Shown here one piece after another: positions 27,751-41,072 of a DNA stretch of 64,000 nt. Origin of the DNA: Camelus ferus (lineage: Eukaryota); assembly GCF_009834535.1 (NCBI RefSeq), contig NC_045696.1, forward strand, positions 78,370,001-78,434,000, in the 5' to 3' direction. The notes beneath the pieces are model-generated. The model searched no databases. It was given only the letters and a program-made list of their open reading frames with translations, and was not told where the DNA came from. Both the position numbers and the translations under genes were made by a program. The first letter of the stretch is position 1, and every line of letters starts with the position of its first letter.

Positions 27751-28177
27751 CAATGCATTCAATATAGAAAATGACAATGATCATAGGACATGGCAAAATT
27801 GCAGCTGAGATGATCCTTTAAGTCTTTTATAATTCCAAACATAAAAAGTGTGTAGAAAAGTAACCGCAAATAAGTGAAATATAGGAAGAGGAAAATAAAT
27901 ATTATCACATTTTGTTGCAAAATAAAATAAACGAGATCAAGTAAATTGAGGGAAAGAAAGTCTAGGTTCTCACTTAGAACTGAACTTGTCAATGAAGTAC
28001 CAACAGGAGCATAGAACAAAACTACAAAAACTTGAAATGTTCCACGTCTTTAAATATAATTCAATGCAAAGTTTTATGACTATCTAACTAGATTGTTCAT
28101 ACTGATACAAATAAATAAAATTTATCAGTCACAAAAACACATTGATCTTTTTTTGAGACTTTGAGTTTAATACAAGC

Positions 28178-28837
28178 CTCTTTTTTCCCCTCCCCACTTT
28201 CCCCTTTGATAACCATAAGTTTGTCTTCTAAGTCTGTGAATCTACCTCTGTTTTGTAAATAAGTTCCCTTGTAACACTTTTTTAGATTCAACATAGAAGT
28301 GATATCTTATGAATTTGTTTTTCTCTGTCTGACTCACTGCACTTAGTTTGACAATATCTAGGTCATCCATCTTGCTGCAAATAGCATTATTTTACTTTTT
28401 TATGGAGAGTAATATTCCATTATGTATATATACCACATCTTCTTTATCCATTCATCTATCGATGGGCATTTAAGTTGCTTCCAGTGTTTTGGCTATTGTA
28501 AATAATTCTGCTATGAACATTGGGGTGCATGTATATTTTCCAGTTAGAGTTTTCTCCACCTATATGCCCAGGAGTGGGACTGCTGGATCATACATAACTA
28601 TTTTTAGTTCTTTAAGGAATCCCCATACTGTTCTCCATAGTAGCTGCACCAATTTACATTCCCACCAACAGTGTAGGAGGGTTTACTTTTCTCCATGCTT
28701 TCTCCAGCATTTGTTATTTGTCGACTTTTTGATGATGGTCATTCTGACCATTGTAAGGTGACACTTCATTGTGATTCCAATTTGCATTTCTCTAATAATT
28801 AACGAAGCTGAACATCTTTATATGTGCCTGTTGGCCA
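28178..28837 (-). mobile_element. 5'- and 3'-truncated L1 (ORF2 C-terminus plus start of 3' UTR) with TSD
   Basis: Minus translation includes NNKCWR...[24 protein letters not shown] (ORF2p Cys-rich region); TTAATACAAGC duplicated at 28167-77 and 28838-48. Confidence 0.92.
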
Positions 28838-29269
28838 TTAATACAAGCTTTTTAAAGGGACTATTTCTATCTGATTAATGTTTGCAATTTGCCACAAAGT
28901 ATGTAACACGTGATGAGCACTCAAATATTTGAGGGATTGGATAAAAATTATTTATAATAACCATTTAAATTTATTTTTGTGTGCTTTTTTACAAAGGTGA
29001 ATCTATAATCTGAGAAATGAAACATCATTTAATTTAAAAACTATTTGGTCCTGCATTTGTTCAGGGCACATATTCTTTTTTTAAAAAAAGCCAGTTCTAT
29101 GTTGCATTTATAGATCATTAGTTCTATTTAGTAAATGCTTACCAAGCAATAAGCCAAGTGCAAAAGACTAAATCTCAATGACTGATACAGACGAAAGCCT
29201 GTCACTGTGCTTTCCAACGTGTTACATTTCCAACGGCAAACATGACAAACTTTTTTGGGGGAAAAAAAG

Positions 29270-29891
29270 AACTGCCTTTTTTCCCTGTTCTCTACACAAA
29301 GCTGGAGTCATCTTCTCAAAACACGCATCAGCGCGTGTCACTGCTTCACTCTTTAAACCTTTTAACGACTTCCTGTCGTACTGAGGATCCAGTCCAAACG
29401 TCTGAGGCTGCGAAGCCCTCTGTGACTAGGCCACTGCCCGCTCTTCACCACATTGTCTCATAACTCTTTTGTCCTTGTTCACAACATTCCGGACTCCCTG
29501 CCATTCTTTTCTTTCTTTCTCAAAAGTTTAAGAATCTTAGTTCTTGCAATTTTTCCTGCTAGAAACACTTTTTCCCATGATCTTCACATTGCTGGTTTCT
29601 TTCCATCATTTAGGGCTTAGGTCAAATACTAAATCTTCCAAGAGATCCACCTGACAATCCTATCCAAAGAGGTTAGACTGCTGTAATCTCCCTCTCTGTC
29701 CTATGACCCTGTTATATTTTCCTCTTAATATTGATCACCAGCTGATATAATCTCATGCTTGTGTAGCTTCGTTCATTGTCTGTCTCCCTCCATTAAAATG
29801 CAAGCTCTATGAGAGAAGAAACATATTGCTCACCCCTGTATCTACACCTCGAACAATAAAAGGTGCTCAAAAATATTTGAACGGATGAATG
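29270..29891 (+). mobile_element. L2 LINE 3' end
   Basis: ttgtctgtctccctccattaaaatgcaagctctatgag...ggtgctcaaaaatatttgaacggatgaat. Confidence 0.8.
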
Positions 29892-31629
29892 TGGAAGCCA
29901 TTTTTCTCCTTTAACTTAAGCTCAAAAAATAAATGACCAGAGTACATTTGAGGAATGTATATGTTAGCCTATCAATAAAGATATTAATCACTTCAGTTTA
30001 TATAAACAATAATCATATATGTTCAAGAAGCAACCTTTTAGTATTTAGTTAAGTGATGATGACATTAATCACAAGATTAACCCAGACCATCTAAATCACA
30101 TGTAATTAATTGGACATTTATAGTGCTCAGTGTTGTTGAGCAGCCAAACAGAAAGATGTTCGAAGCAAACCTTCAGTCTTAAAATTAGTGACCTTTCCTA
30201 GGTCATTATCAAAATATTAGCAGCAGTAGAAATCAGGCTGTAGAGGGCTCAGGGTAAGAGCATATGTGAAAATGGAAGCTCTTTTATAAGCTACAGGATC
30301 AGGGTTTTGCAACTAATTGAAGACAGAGGTATAGTTTGATCAATAGAGAGGTGGTCCAGTTCAAAAATGTTTGTGCATCTGTTGCTTATTTGGTTGGTGG
30401 GCTTATTTGTTTGCTTACCTGTGAAAGGAAGGGAGAAGAAGTGAAGTAGTTTTTAAAGACATTGCCAAAGGACCCAGTGGAAATGGAATGATAATACAGA
30501 AGGGGAAGAGAATGGACATCATTCCATGTCAGCTGGAGTTCAACTGGGACTTACATCTGAAATACAGGATTTGCACCACTCAATTTGATTATTATCAGCA
30601 TCATCCAGAAGCATTCATCCTTTCTAAACAGTCCTCCGGATATATGGAAAAAATTAATGTATCTTTCAAATGTGCATTTGTATTTCCAATCATTAAAGTA
30701 GATTCTGGCACCAGGAGAATATGGCTATCCCACCAAAAATTGATAGTTGGTCATCCTCAATTGGACCCCTAGGTTATTATCAAATATTTAGAATATATAA
30801 GGTCACCCCATACCAAGGTAATTATTTTGTGCCATTTTTTATAATTGTTTCATGGGCATACTGTTACTCAAAGACAAAAATCTCTAAACTCCTTATAATC
30901 AGTAACCAAAACCTATTTTTAAAGTTCTCTACAGTGTCTGTATACTTTTGCATTCTTATTAAAAACCACCCCCTCACAGAGACATAAAGAAAGAAATTGT
31001 GTTATGAAAGTCAGTGGCATATTATAACATTTGAAAATTCAGAAATATAGGTGGGATATCATGTGTTTTATATCATCTTAAATCCAAGGAGAAGACAGTT
31101 TTCTGAATTATTTCCAATAAACTATTAAAGCTTTATGGAAAAAAGAACCAAATATTGTTCTTATGCCTAAAATCTATCACTGTACAGGCATTCTAGATAA
31201 GTATAAATGATTAAATAATTGTATTATTTAATGTGTATATGCTCATTCACCAAAGGCCTTCCCCCATCAAATCTGGCATATCTGAAATAAGATGTGACAA
31301 CAGATCTGAAAGATATATTAAACTTGATTTTCCCTTTTATATTTTTTTGAAATCTTATTTTTATCTCTTATTTTTTTGTACATTCTTCTCTGACCCAGAT
31401 TTCCTGAGGAACATTCCTGAGGCAAGAAACACGAGGAAGTGCTCAAATATTTACTGAGCACCTACCATAGGCCAACGATTATTCTAGGAGCTTGAGGGAT
31501 GTATCAGCAATAAAGCAGACCAAGGCTCTGCCCTCACTGAGAACAAATTAGACAGGCAGAAAATAAACCATGCACAATAGACAACATAATAAACAAGTAA
31601 ATAACAAACAAAAAGATGGGAAAGTTGTC

Positions 31630-31897
31630 CCGTAAGCTTGGCACAGACTAACTGAGGAACAAAACCTGACCTGAATGGATGTGAGTTATTTATATACTTT
31701 ATTTATCTCATTATGTGAACATCCACACATTTCACTGCAGATATCACATGTTTGATGGTGGTGTGAAGCCCTAAACCCCACTGAAGCTAGTGGATAATAT
31801 GTGGTGTGCACCACATAATTCTCCTAAAATGAAAAAAGTTCTAAATTCCACAACATACCTGTCCTCAAAGATTCTGTATGAGGGACTATGGATTTAA
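31630..31897 (-). mobile_element. Tigger-family MITE (MER46C-like)
   Basis: aaagttctaaattccacaacatacctgtcctcaaagattctgtatgagggactatgga resembles the MER46C end. Confidence 0.5.
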
Positions 31898-31954
31898 TGT
31901 AAAACTTAAGAGTGGGGAATGGAGATTGCAATTTTAAACAGATGATAGGCCAAA

Positions 31955-32772
31955 CGAAGGGGGTTGAATGGTGCCACCCCTCCTCCAAACATATGTCTAC
32001 CTGGAACCTATGATTGTAACATTTGGAAATAGGGTCTTTGCAGGAGTAATTAAGTTAAGGATCTTGAGTTCATCCTAGATTTAGGGTGGGCTCTTAATCC
32101 AACGATGGATGATGAAGATGGAGATCTGAGACACAGTTTTACAGAGAGGAAGGTGTGAAGATGGTGGCAGAGATTGGAGTTATGCAGCTACAAGCCAAGG
32201 AAGGCCAAGGATTGCCAGCAGCCACTAGACTCTGGGGGAGAGGTGTGGAGTGGATTCTCCCTCAGAGCCTTCAGAAGGCACCAACCCTATTGCTATAGAC
32301 TGAATGTCCGTATCCCCCCAAAATGCACATGTTGAAACTTAATGCCCATTGTGATGGTATTTGGAGATAGAGACTTTGGGGAGTGATTAGAGGATGAGGG
32401 TGAAGCCCTCATGAATAGGATTACTGCCCTCATAAAGGAGACCCCCGAGAGCTCCCTCACCCCTTCTGCCACGTGAGGACGCAGCAAGGAGACAACAGCG
32501 ATGAACCAGGAAGCAGGCCCTCACCAGACGAGGAATCTGCCCGTGCCCTGATCTCGGACTTCCCAGCCTCCAGAACTGTGGGGAATACATGTCTATTGCT
32601 TATAAGCCAGCTAGTCTGTGGTACTTTGTTATAGCAGCCCGAACAAACTGAGACACCTATCAGCACGTGGATTTCAGACTTCTGACCACCAGAGCGGAGA
32701 GAATACGTCTCTGTTGCTTTAAGCCACCCAGTCTGTACTACGTTGCTATGGCAGCCCTAAGAAACGAACATG
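31955..32772 (+). mobile_element. MaLR LTR MLT1C-like, split by an MLT1A insertion
   Basis: gggttgaatggtg...tttggaaatagggtctttgcag...caagccaaggaa...ggcagccctaagaaac; flanks CCAAA/CCTAA. Confidence 0.85.
32291..32655 (+). mobile_element. MaLR LTR MLT1A/MLT1A0-like, nested
   Basis: tgctatagactgaatg...ctgagaca with perfect 5-bp TSD CCTAT (32286-90, 32656-60). Confidence 0.92.
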
Positions 32773-35700
32773 CCTAATTAAGATAGGAACAGTTGAGCCA
32801 AGACTTAAAGCAGGTGGGGGAGTCAACCCACGTGGATGTCTGTGAGAAGAACAGTCTAGGCGGAGGGGGGAGCTGATACAAAGCCCTCAATTAGAGGCAC
32901 GTGAAGCATTTTCTAGGATGGCTACCATGGCTGTGTTGAGGAAAAGCTGTAAGAGGACCAAGAACAGAAACAGAAAATCAGTTACGACACAAGTGAAATA
33001 CTGCGAACAAGAGATGCTGCTAATTGAGACCACAGTGGTGTCAGTGGCAGTGAAGTAGTCAAACTCTGGATGTGTTCTGAAGGCAGAGAGATTAGCATTT
33101 CCCAAAAGGTTAAATGTAGCCTACAGCGGGGGTGGGGTGGGAGGGGAGGATTTCTGTGTTTGTTTTGTGTTGTTTGTTTTTTCAGGCTGAACAACTGGAA
33201 GAATGGAGTTACTTCCCACTGAGATATGGAACACCAAAGCAGGTCTGGGGAGACCATCTGAAGTGCAGCATAGTTTGAGACACCTGTTAAATATCCAGGT
33301 GGTGATGCTGCATGTGTAACTGATGTACGAGTCTAGGGATCAAAAGAAAGATCAAGGGTAGAAATGGAAAGTTGAGAGCTGTTAGCATAGAGCAGATAAG
33401 AGATCTCTAAAGAGAAAGGAAAGACAGAGAAGAGAACCAAAACTGGCCCCTGGGCACTCCAACATGAAGAGAGTAGGTCTAAGTAGATAAGCTGGCAAAG
33501 GAGACTGACCAGGAGCTACTAGCAAAGTAGGGAAAAACCAAGAACATGCGGTACCCCAAGGCCAGGGATGGAAAGAGGAAAGAGTGATCACTGTCAGATG
33601 CTCTCATAGATCAAGTAGGATGAAGATGAATAATTTAATGGATTTAGAACAAAGATCATAAATGATGTTGGTAAGTGTAGTTTTGGTGAATGGTCTGAAT
33701 AAACACCTTTTGAGAATGGGCATAAGATAAAATAGGAAGAAAGAAATAAGAGACCACAAACAGGGACAATTATTTAAAGGAGATTGGCTACAAAAAAAGT
33801 AAGAAAAATGGGGCTGTAGCTTGTAGGATGAGAAGCAAGGCCAAGAGAATTATGATTAATTTCTTATTTACTTGATCTTATAAATATAGATTTTAAAATC
33901 CTTTGAAGAAAGCAATCATACAGAATATATTGCTAGATTTATAAAAATTTAATACATAGAAATTTTGAAATCATATAGAAAAGAAAATAATTTGTATTTC
34001 AAAACTGTTTATGAAATATGTACCTCAAGAGGAATAAAAAAGAAATATTGAAACTAAAAAAAATTACTATATTATCAGATCATAACCAGCAGCCACTTAA
34101 GTTTATGTATTTTAAAGACAAGGTCATTAAAAATAAGAACCTGATTCTTTCTGCTTTTAGATTGGAGACCGTACTGTGCTGATCTACAGTAAAGAGGATT
34201 AACTAGGAAATCTGACTTTGATAAGATTAAGAAGGAGCAAATTTGGGTTTCTTCTTTATCTCTGCAATTAAAACTGTCTATAGTCAAGGTGTTCCTTAAT
34301 AAAATAGACTTATCTTATTGTTCGGCATGCCACGTTAACAAAGATGAAAAAAATAAATATAGAAGGATATATGTTTAGTAAACATATTTGTAAATATAGA
34401 GGGACATACATAAAATAACTTGAAACTCTACTTGTGTGTTGGAAGGTTATCTCTACTTCTATAAACTCAAAAAAACCCAAAAAACAAAAACCCCCAAACG
34501 GTCTTTTGGCTTGTTCCGTGCTGGCAAAGCTAGAAAATCTTTCTCAGGCATAGATACATAAAATAACTTTACTTATCATATGCTTACTGACACTGACGCA
34601 AGATAGTAATACAGAGTTTTATATGAACGTTAAAGGCCACAGAAGGCCTGCAGGAAAGCATGGTGTTGGCACATGTACTTCTTTTAATAAAAATGACAAA
34701 TAGACACGTGGCTCTACTTTCATCTAACCGGCCATTTTTTATCTTGTGTCTTCTGAGACACACTAATCATGAGAGTCGGACATTAGATATGATGTCTTTA
34801 ATGAATAGCAGAGGAGTGGGGGCAGGAGGAAGGCGAGGAAAAGCCAGAATTAACTTTTCCTTGCTGTGGTATGCAGGGGCAGGGACAAGAGAGCAGCAGA
34901 ACAGAAACTGAGCTTACTACCAGAAAGAAAAATTTCAAGGAGGCCAGCAAGTCATTCCATCCTCATACAAGGATTCAACAATCATCACAGATACCAGGTG
35001 TAGAGTAATATGAGACACTTGATCCCAGGAAGCAACACCTATAAATTAAGATGCTTTTAAAAACCTAATCCTGAACATGTAGGGTTTTTTCAATGTTGTA
35101 GATTTTTCACAGGAACATGTTCTCTCGTGCAATTTTAAGCAGTTTTAGCTGGGTAGGCTGTACATTTTCTTAAAGGATAATAATTCAACAGTTTGGCCAA
35201 ATTCCAATGATTCAGTCCATTAAGGTGCAAAAAAATTTTTTTAAATAAAAAAGATTTACTTGGAAATTTGCATTACCTAAATATACAGAAATCTTTCATC
35301 TGAGTTCTCAACTTGTCAATCAATAATTCACTACATTCTCAGTTTGAGCATTGTGTTTAATCCTTTAAATACTGTTATTTCTAAAAGTACTCTATGACAT
35401 TTGTTGATTTTTGAAGATCTTACTAGATTGTGCCTAGATATTATATATCCAAAGTTAATTGCAAAGTTGTTACAAAGCCAGATGCAAAGTTACCAAATGT
35501 GAGGGTCCAGTATATCACTCTGTTCTTCTTTAAGGTCATTTCATGTTAAATGTATACATGAAAACTAGCATTTAAGTAGACCCCTCTAGGTTCTGGAAGT
35601 ATCCTAAATAATCACCACACATAACTCTATGAGTCTCCTCTGTATCTTCCTTGACCATGGGTTATTCCATAACTATGTGGTTATTTCACTTATGCAGGAC

Positions 35701-36399
35701 TATGTCTGTTTATAAGGAATTTACTTTCTTATGATAGTAAATTTCTGTTTTCCTTATGAGAAAAAGAAATTGCACCATCTTTAAACTATAGAAAAGCCTT
35801 CCTTACATTTAGCTAAAATCCATTGCCTCATAGTTACTACCTATTGGTCTTAGTACTTCTCCCTTGCAGTTCTACTTAACAATTTTCATTTTTATTCTAC
35901 ATTACATACAGTCAAACATTTATTTAAGACAGCTATAAACTCTCAAAGCTCTTTAACCCAAGGAAAATGTATTTATAATAGAACGAATCCCAAAAGAACA
36001 AAGTTGAAAGGTAATAAAAAGTTCTGGAACTAAACAGTTGTATTCAAAATGATGTTTTTCCTTTGTTTTGGGGGTTGGTTTTCCTTTTGTGGGGGTGAGG
36101 GAGCTTTTTCCAGATGCCTAATATTGGCAGAGTTGAGAATTGAGCAGAAACTAAGGAAATCTCTATTTACTCTACATGCTGATTTATGAAAAGTAGCCTC
36201 AACCCCAGAGAGGTGGAGACCAATTTAACTCAGCTCTAAGAATATGTTAATCAACTTCATAAATTTGTTAATTGTTGTACTGAATTACCAAGATATAACG
36301 TCTGATAGAGAAAGGAGGGAAAGAAATAGCAACATAGAGGCAAAAATACATGAAATAGAGCTGAAAGGTAAGAGTCTAAGTCATTGCTTGAATGGCACA

Positions 36400-36790
36400 T
36401 GTGTGGGCTAAATGTTTGTGTCCCCCTCAGATTCATATGTTGAAGCCCAAATCCCCAATGTGATGGTATTTGGAGGTGGGGCTTTGGGAGGTCACTGGGT
36501 ATAGCTAAGGTCAGGAAGGTGGGGCCCCACCATGGGATTAGTGTCCTTATAAGAAGAAGAAGGGAGTCAGGAGCACCCTCTCTCTCTCTCTCTCTCTCTC
36601 TATGCCACATGAGGACACAGAAAGAAAGCAGTCATCTACAAGCCAGGAAGGCGGCCCTCACCAGGAACTACATCTGCAGGCACCTTGATCTTGGACTCCC
36701 CACGTTCCAGAACTGTGAGAAATGCATGTCTGTTGTTTAAGGCACCCAGCCTATGGCATTTTGTTACAGCACCCTGAGCTGACTAAGACA
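36400..36790 (+). mobile_element. MaLR solo LTR MLT1A0-like
   Basis: tgtgtgggctaaatgtttgtgtccc...gactaagaca with perfect 5-bp TSD GCACA (36395-99, 36791-95); internal (TC)n. Confidence 0.92.
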
Positions 36791-37672
36791 GCACACGACT
36801 AAGACCCCAGTCCAGAAGACCTCCTCTTCAGGCCACCTTACAAGAGACGGCTGTTAAAATGCAATAAAACAGAGGAAGAGAATAAATCATTAACATAGTT
36901 AATATAATTTGCTTAACTATAAAGATTTTCAGTCTGTGGAATTTCAGGTATGACCCAGTGAATGAGGGAAAATTAAGGAGGAGGGCGGAGTAAGACCTCA
37001 TTAACCTTAAAATCTCAACAGACGCCACATCTACGTGATAGTTTTCAAGGATGTAGAGCAAGTGCTATCATATAAAAGTACATCTCCCACTTATGCTTGA
37101 AATTCCACCATTGTCAACGTAAGCATTTACTGTGGAGAATTTTATTGGGTCATTCTATGCCAAAGTACCTTAAGAAGGTGATATGACAGGAGGGACAGAG
37201 GGGAAAAAGGCTGGGGAGAAAGGCTAGGCGTGTTAGAGAGAAAACATAGCAAACAAGTGGGAGAGTAAAATCAAACACAAAACACACTTCGGTTTTTCTG
37301 CAGCTGTTGTCAGTGGGTCCTGCGACTCTTGCTACTTTACTCTAATGAGGTCTCAGAATAAAAACCCAAACCCTATTCAGTATCATTTCCTACCTTTGCA
37401 CATACAATAATGAAGTGACAACTCCTACTATATTTTGTGTAAAATGCCTCGTTCTGCTAAAGCCCAAGATTATTTGTGCTATTATTATCTGATTACATTA
37501 AAATGAACATTTAGCATACATTATAACATATATGCTGGGAATCAATCTGGTTGAAATATTAGGTTTTTGTACAAGTCTTAAGATACACATTTTATTTTAT
37601 CCAAAAATTCACAGAATTTCACTTTAATCCATTTTAAGTGGATCAGTAAATGGGAATTTAAAAAAAATAAGT

Positions 37673-37705
37673 ATTAATATAGCACTGTAACATTAATATA
37701 GCACT
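37673..37705. repeat. Short tandem duplication, 19-bp period
   Basis: ATTAATATAGCACT at 37673 and 37692. Confidence 0.9.
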
Positions 37706-40474
37706 ATGCCTAATTCTCTTAAGCATTTATCTCTATATTAGAAATATAGGTAGCACTTTCATTTGCAGTTTTAATGGTACACGTGAAATAAAAAATATGC
37801 AAATAACACTCCACCTTAATCCTCACTGGCAACATATTACTTTAATTTGTGATTGCTTTTAAATGCTGATCAAAAAGTGCAGAAAATGCTTTGCTATTAC
37901 AGTTTCTATACTCCAAATTATAGTTATTTTAGTCATAAATTAGGGGGCACAGAATTATTTTTTCTTAGACTATAAGACATATTTCTATTTCTTTGGAGAA
38001 AAATTAGTAAATCTTAACAGGAATATATTAGGACATCAGGTGAATTACACAATTTTTGGTATAGAAAAGATTTTAGAAATCATTTTAATGCTGTTCACAT
38101 CATGGATTCCTTTGAAAATCTGATGAAATCTATTTACCTTGAATCTTAAAAATGTACATGAAATCAAAAATCCTTAATCTGGGGGTTTGTCACCTGGTGA
38201 TCTATGGAAATGTTTCTGTAAGTCTATATTTTTCTTGAATTTCTTTGCAAATGTCTGTATGTACATACATGATGAACACTTACTTTATCATCTAAAATTT
38301 ACTTTTTTCACTCTTGCTTTTTGATAATTTCTGAAAATCAGTGAGCAAGGCAATAGCACTCATATTGAGTTTAACTTGTTACATGTAAAGTAAGTCAGGC
38401 ATCCTAGAGGTGGAGAGGTTGATAACAGGGGCTAACTGTGTTCTTAAAATGAATTGGATGACATTGGATTTTTTTTTCCAATCATGAATTTTAATGAACC
38501 ACAGTCTCTGTCCTCCTGACAGCTGAATGAGTTGTTCAGCAGTCAAAAAAAATCACATCACCGAAGACAGATGCTTATTGCATCTACTCATATAAATAGG
38601 ACATTTGTAAAATATTTAAGTAGCAAAAAATATACCTTACATTGCAATGTACTTCATTTATGTAGACTCCTAGTCAAGGTTATTTTTCCTTGAGCTCTCA
38701 CCTTCTCAGTGATGCTTTTATATGCATATAGATTGTCCTCAGACCCCAGAACCCAGGGTATAATCTCTTGAGGCCAATACTTGCCATGACATATCATTCA
38801 CATAAAATGCCTGAAGTCACATCACACATGTTTTGTCAGCCTGTACATTCTTAATCGCTTTGCTGTGCACCTGCTGCAATGCAACCTGTCAATTTGGCAG
38901 GAAAGAAGGCCAGGAAATTCCCTCGCTGCCTTCCTGTCCACTATGTAAGTATTTTAAGTTGGCATATTAAGGACCAGTAGAGGAGACTGAAGTCAAGAGG
39001 CATTGATATTCCGTTCTCATATAAGAGCAAATTTGTGAAGAAAAGCTGATGCTCACCACATAGCAGCTCACCTAAACTGTGGTTAACATCTTTGACATGA
39101 GTTCATGTGCTCACGTGCAATCTGGCGAATGGACACGGAGCCTTGACTACACAGTCCCACATAGGCTGAGATGAAGCAGTTTTTACTTCATATGACCATC
39201 TACTCTGTTTACACTTTAGCTAGCCTTAAAACTCCACTGTACTCAGTGGGCTGGAAAGATGTTTTATGCCAGCACAGAAAAACAAACTCCACATTCCAGT
39301 AACTAATGTTTATTGGCACATATTATGAAACAGCGTTTGAAATTCTGCAAACACACTAGTCATGCCAGCATGCCTTTGTACAACTAGTTCCTTACCCCTC
39401 AAGGAACATTTTCATTTATTTGACTAGAGAACTCTTCCTTCTTTCAGGAGGAATCAACTATTACTTCTCTGCTTAAACTTCCCTCTTTCCATTCATTTGC
39501 TTCCCAGTAAGATAACTTGCACACAAATGGTAACATAAAAGCTGGTAATAGTTTTAGATATTTTTGTGAGAATGAAATGAGGTGACAATAAAATTTCCAA
39601 GATCAGTACCTTGAATATAGTAGCCTTCACATATCTTCTTTTAAAAATTTGAACCATTACAAAATGCCTAAATCCCATGACTAATGTTTGTTCAGAGGCA
39701 CTGAACTGGCTAAGACACCTTACTTCACTTATATATCCTTGGAGAAAGTTATAAAGTAGATGAGAGACAATCTGCATATATCATTAGCTTCTCTCTTCAA
39801 TGTTTAAGATTCAAACAAAAAATAAATTTGAGTTTGAAAATTCTGCTTATACCTGCTGTGGTTAAAAATTGACTGCCTGTAACCTACCTTTACCAAATTA
39901 TAAACCAAATATATGCAAAAGTTTCAATGGAAGCTTGATGGCAGCCCCAAAATTAAACCATAGTTGGAGAAAACTGTACTTTTCTTTATAAAGAAATACA
40001 GACTTGTATATTATATTTCAAAAATTATATTTTGAGTTTGAGTTTTATGTTTTATGTAAAACTGCATTAAATTGATTGGTGCAAACCATTGTATCCAGAG
40101 CCACTATTAAAGGCATTAGACCCATGGAATGCTTAATAGATTCTTTAACCAATGGGTTTAATCATTGTGGGTTAGGAAGAAATGCGTAGGGAAGAAAAGG
40201 GGTGAAGATTACTACTCATCAATTCCCAGTGTGAGGAGATAGGGGGTGCTCTGTGGCTAGAAAAGTCAATACATATTCTCTGCTGATGCTCTCAAATAGC
40301 ATCTTTACAGCTGGGGTTATGAAGATGCTGAGGCCCCCAAATTACCAAACAAGACATCCTAGTATCAAAGTTGAATGACTATACCTTTAATTAGATTTTG
40401 AAATTGAAAAGGAAGTAATTATAGAAGTTTATCAGAGAACTCTGAAGCGCCATAAACAATATATTCATACACAA

Positions 40475-40496
40475 ACACACACACACACACACACAC
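40475..40496. repeat. (CA)n microsatellite
   Basis: Direct reading. Confidence 0.95.
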
Positions 40497-40784
40497 TTTT
40501 TTCCTTCTTTTGTATTACTGTGTAGTATCTCCTATAGTGGATTACGAATTGCTGTGGTCCATGACTCATTGAATTTAGCTTCAGTAGTTCCTAACACTTG
40601 GTCTGATACACAATCACATGTCAATAAATACTTGTTGAATGAACAAATGCATAATCCTAAATTTGGTAAGTTTTGATTTAAATATAAATCTATTTCACTT
40701 AAATGCTCTCAACTTGAAAGAACTTTCAACTTGCTGAAAATGGCAACTGAAGGAGCCTATATCAATTCAAGACGACCATGGTTA

Positions 40785-40990
40785 CATGAGGCAGACACTC
40801 CTGGGTTTGAATCCCAGCTCTACCATTAAGTCCCTGTGTAATCCTGAGTTACTTAACCTGGCTGAATCTTCTGCAAAATGAGAAAACTGAGCCCCATTCT
40901 CACATGATGGATGTGAGGCTTAAATATGGCCATATATGTAGAGCATCTACAGCAGTACTCATCCTCCGATAAAAGTTCAGCATACAGTGA
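40785..40990 (+). mobile_element. MIR SINE
   Basis: cctgggtttgaatcccagctctacca...gttacttaacct...tgtgaggcttaaat. Confidence 0.75.
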
Positions 40991-41002
40991 CCATTTTGTC
41001 CC

Positions 41003-41072
41003 CCACCTCCCTTCTCTCCCTCCTCATCTTCCTCTTCTTTTTCATCATCATCATTATCATCATCATCATCAT
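41003..41072. repeat. Pyrimidine-rich / (TCA)n low-complexity tract
   Basis: Direct reading; source of the poly-D/E and poly-I pseudo-ORFs. Confidence 0.9.

Larger units (their letters stand above)
31440..33830 (-). mobile_element. L2 LINE interrupted by a Tigger MITE and nested MaLR LTRs
   Basis: aaatatttactgagcacctac at 31445; resumes after 32777 (ctggatgtgttctgaaggcagag, aactggaagaatggagtt). Confidence 0.75.

Noticed and set aside
28489..28761. 90-aa plus-strand ORF
   Set aside because: Antisense reading of L1 ORF2, a common artefact.
32293..32666. Overlapping minus-strand ORFs (also 1141-1370, 36257-36740)
   Set aside because: Entirely or largely within MLT1 LTRs.
33128..33149. G-quadruplex-like G runs (also ~58087-58109)
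   Set aside because: Isolated low-complexity tracts in or beside L2 relics; no other support.
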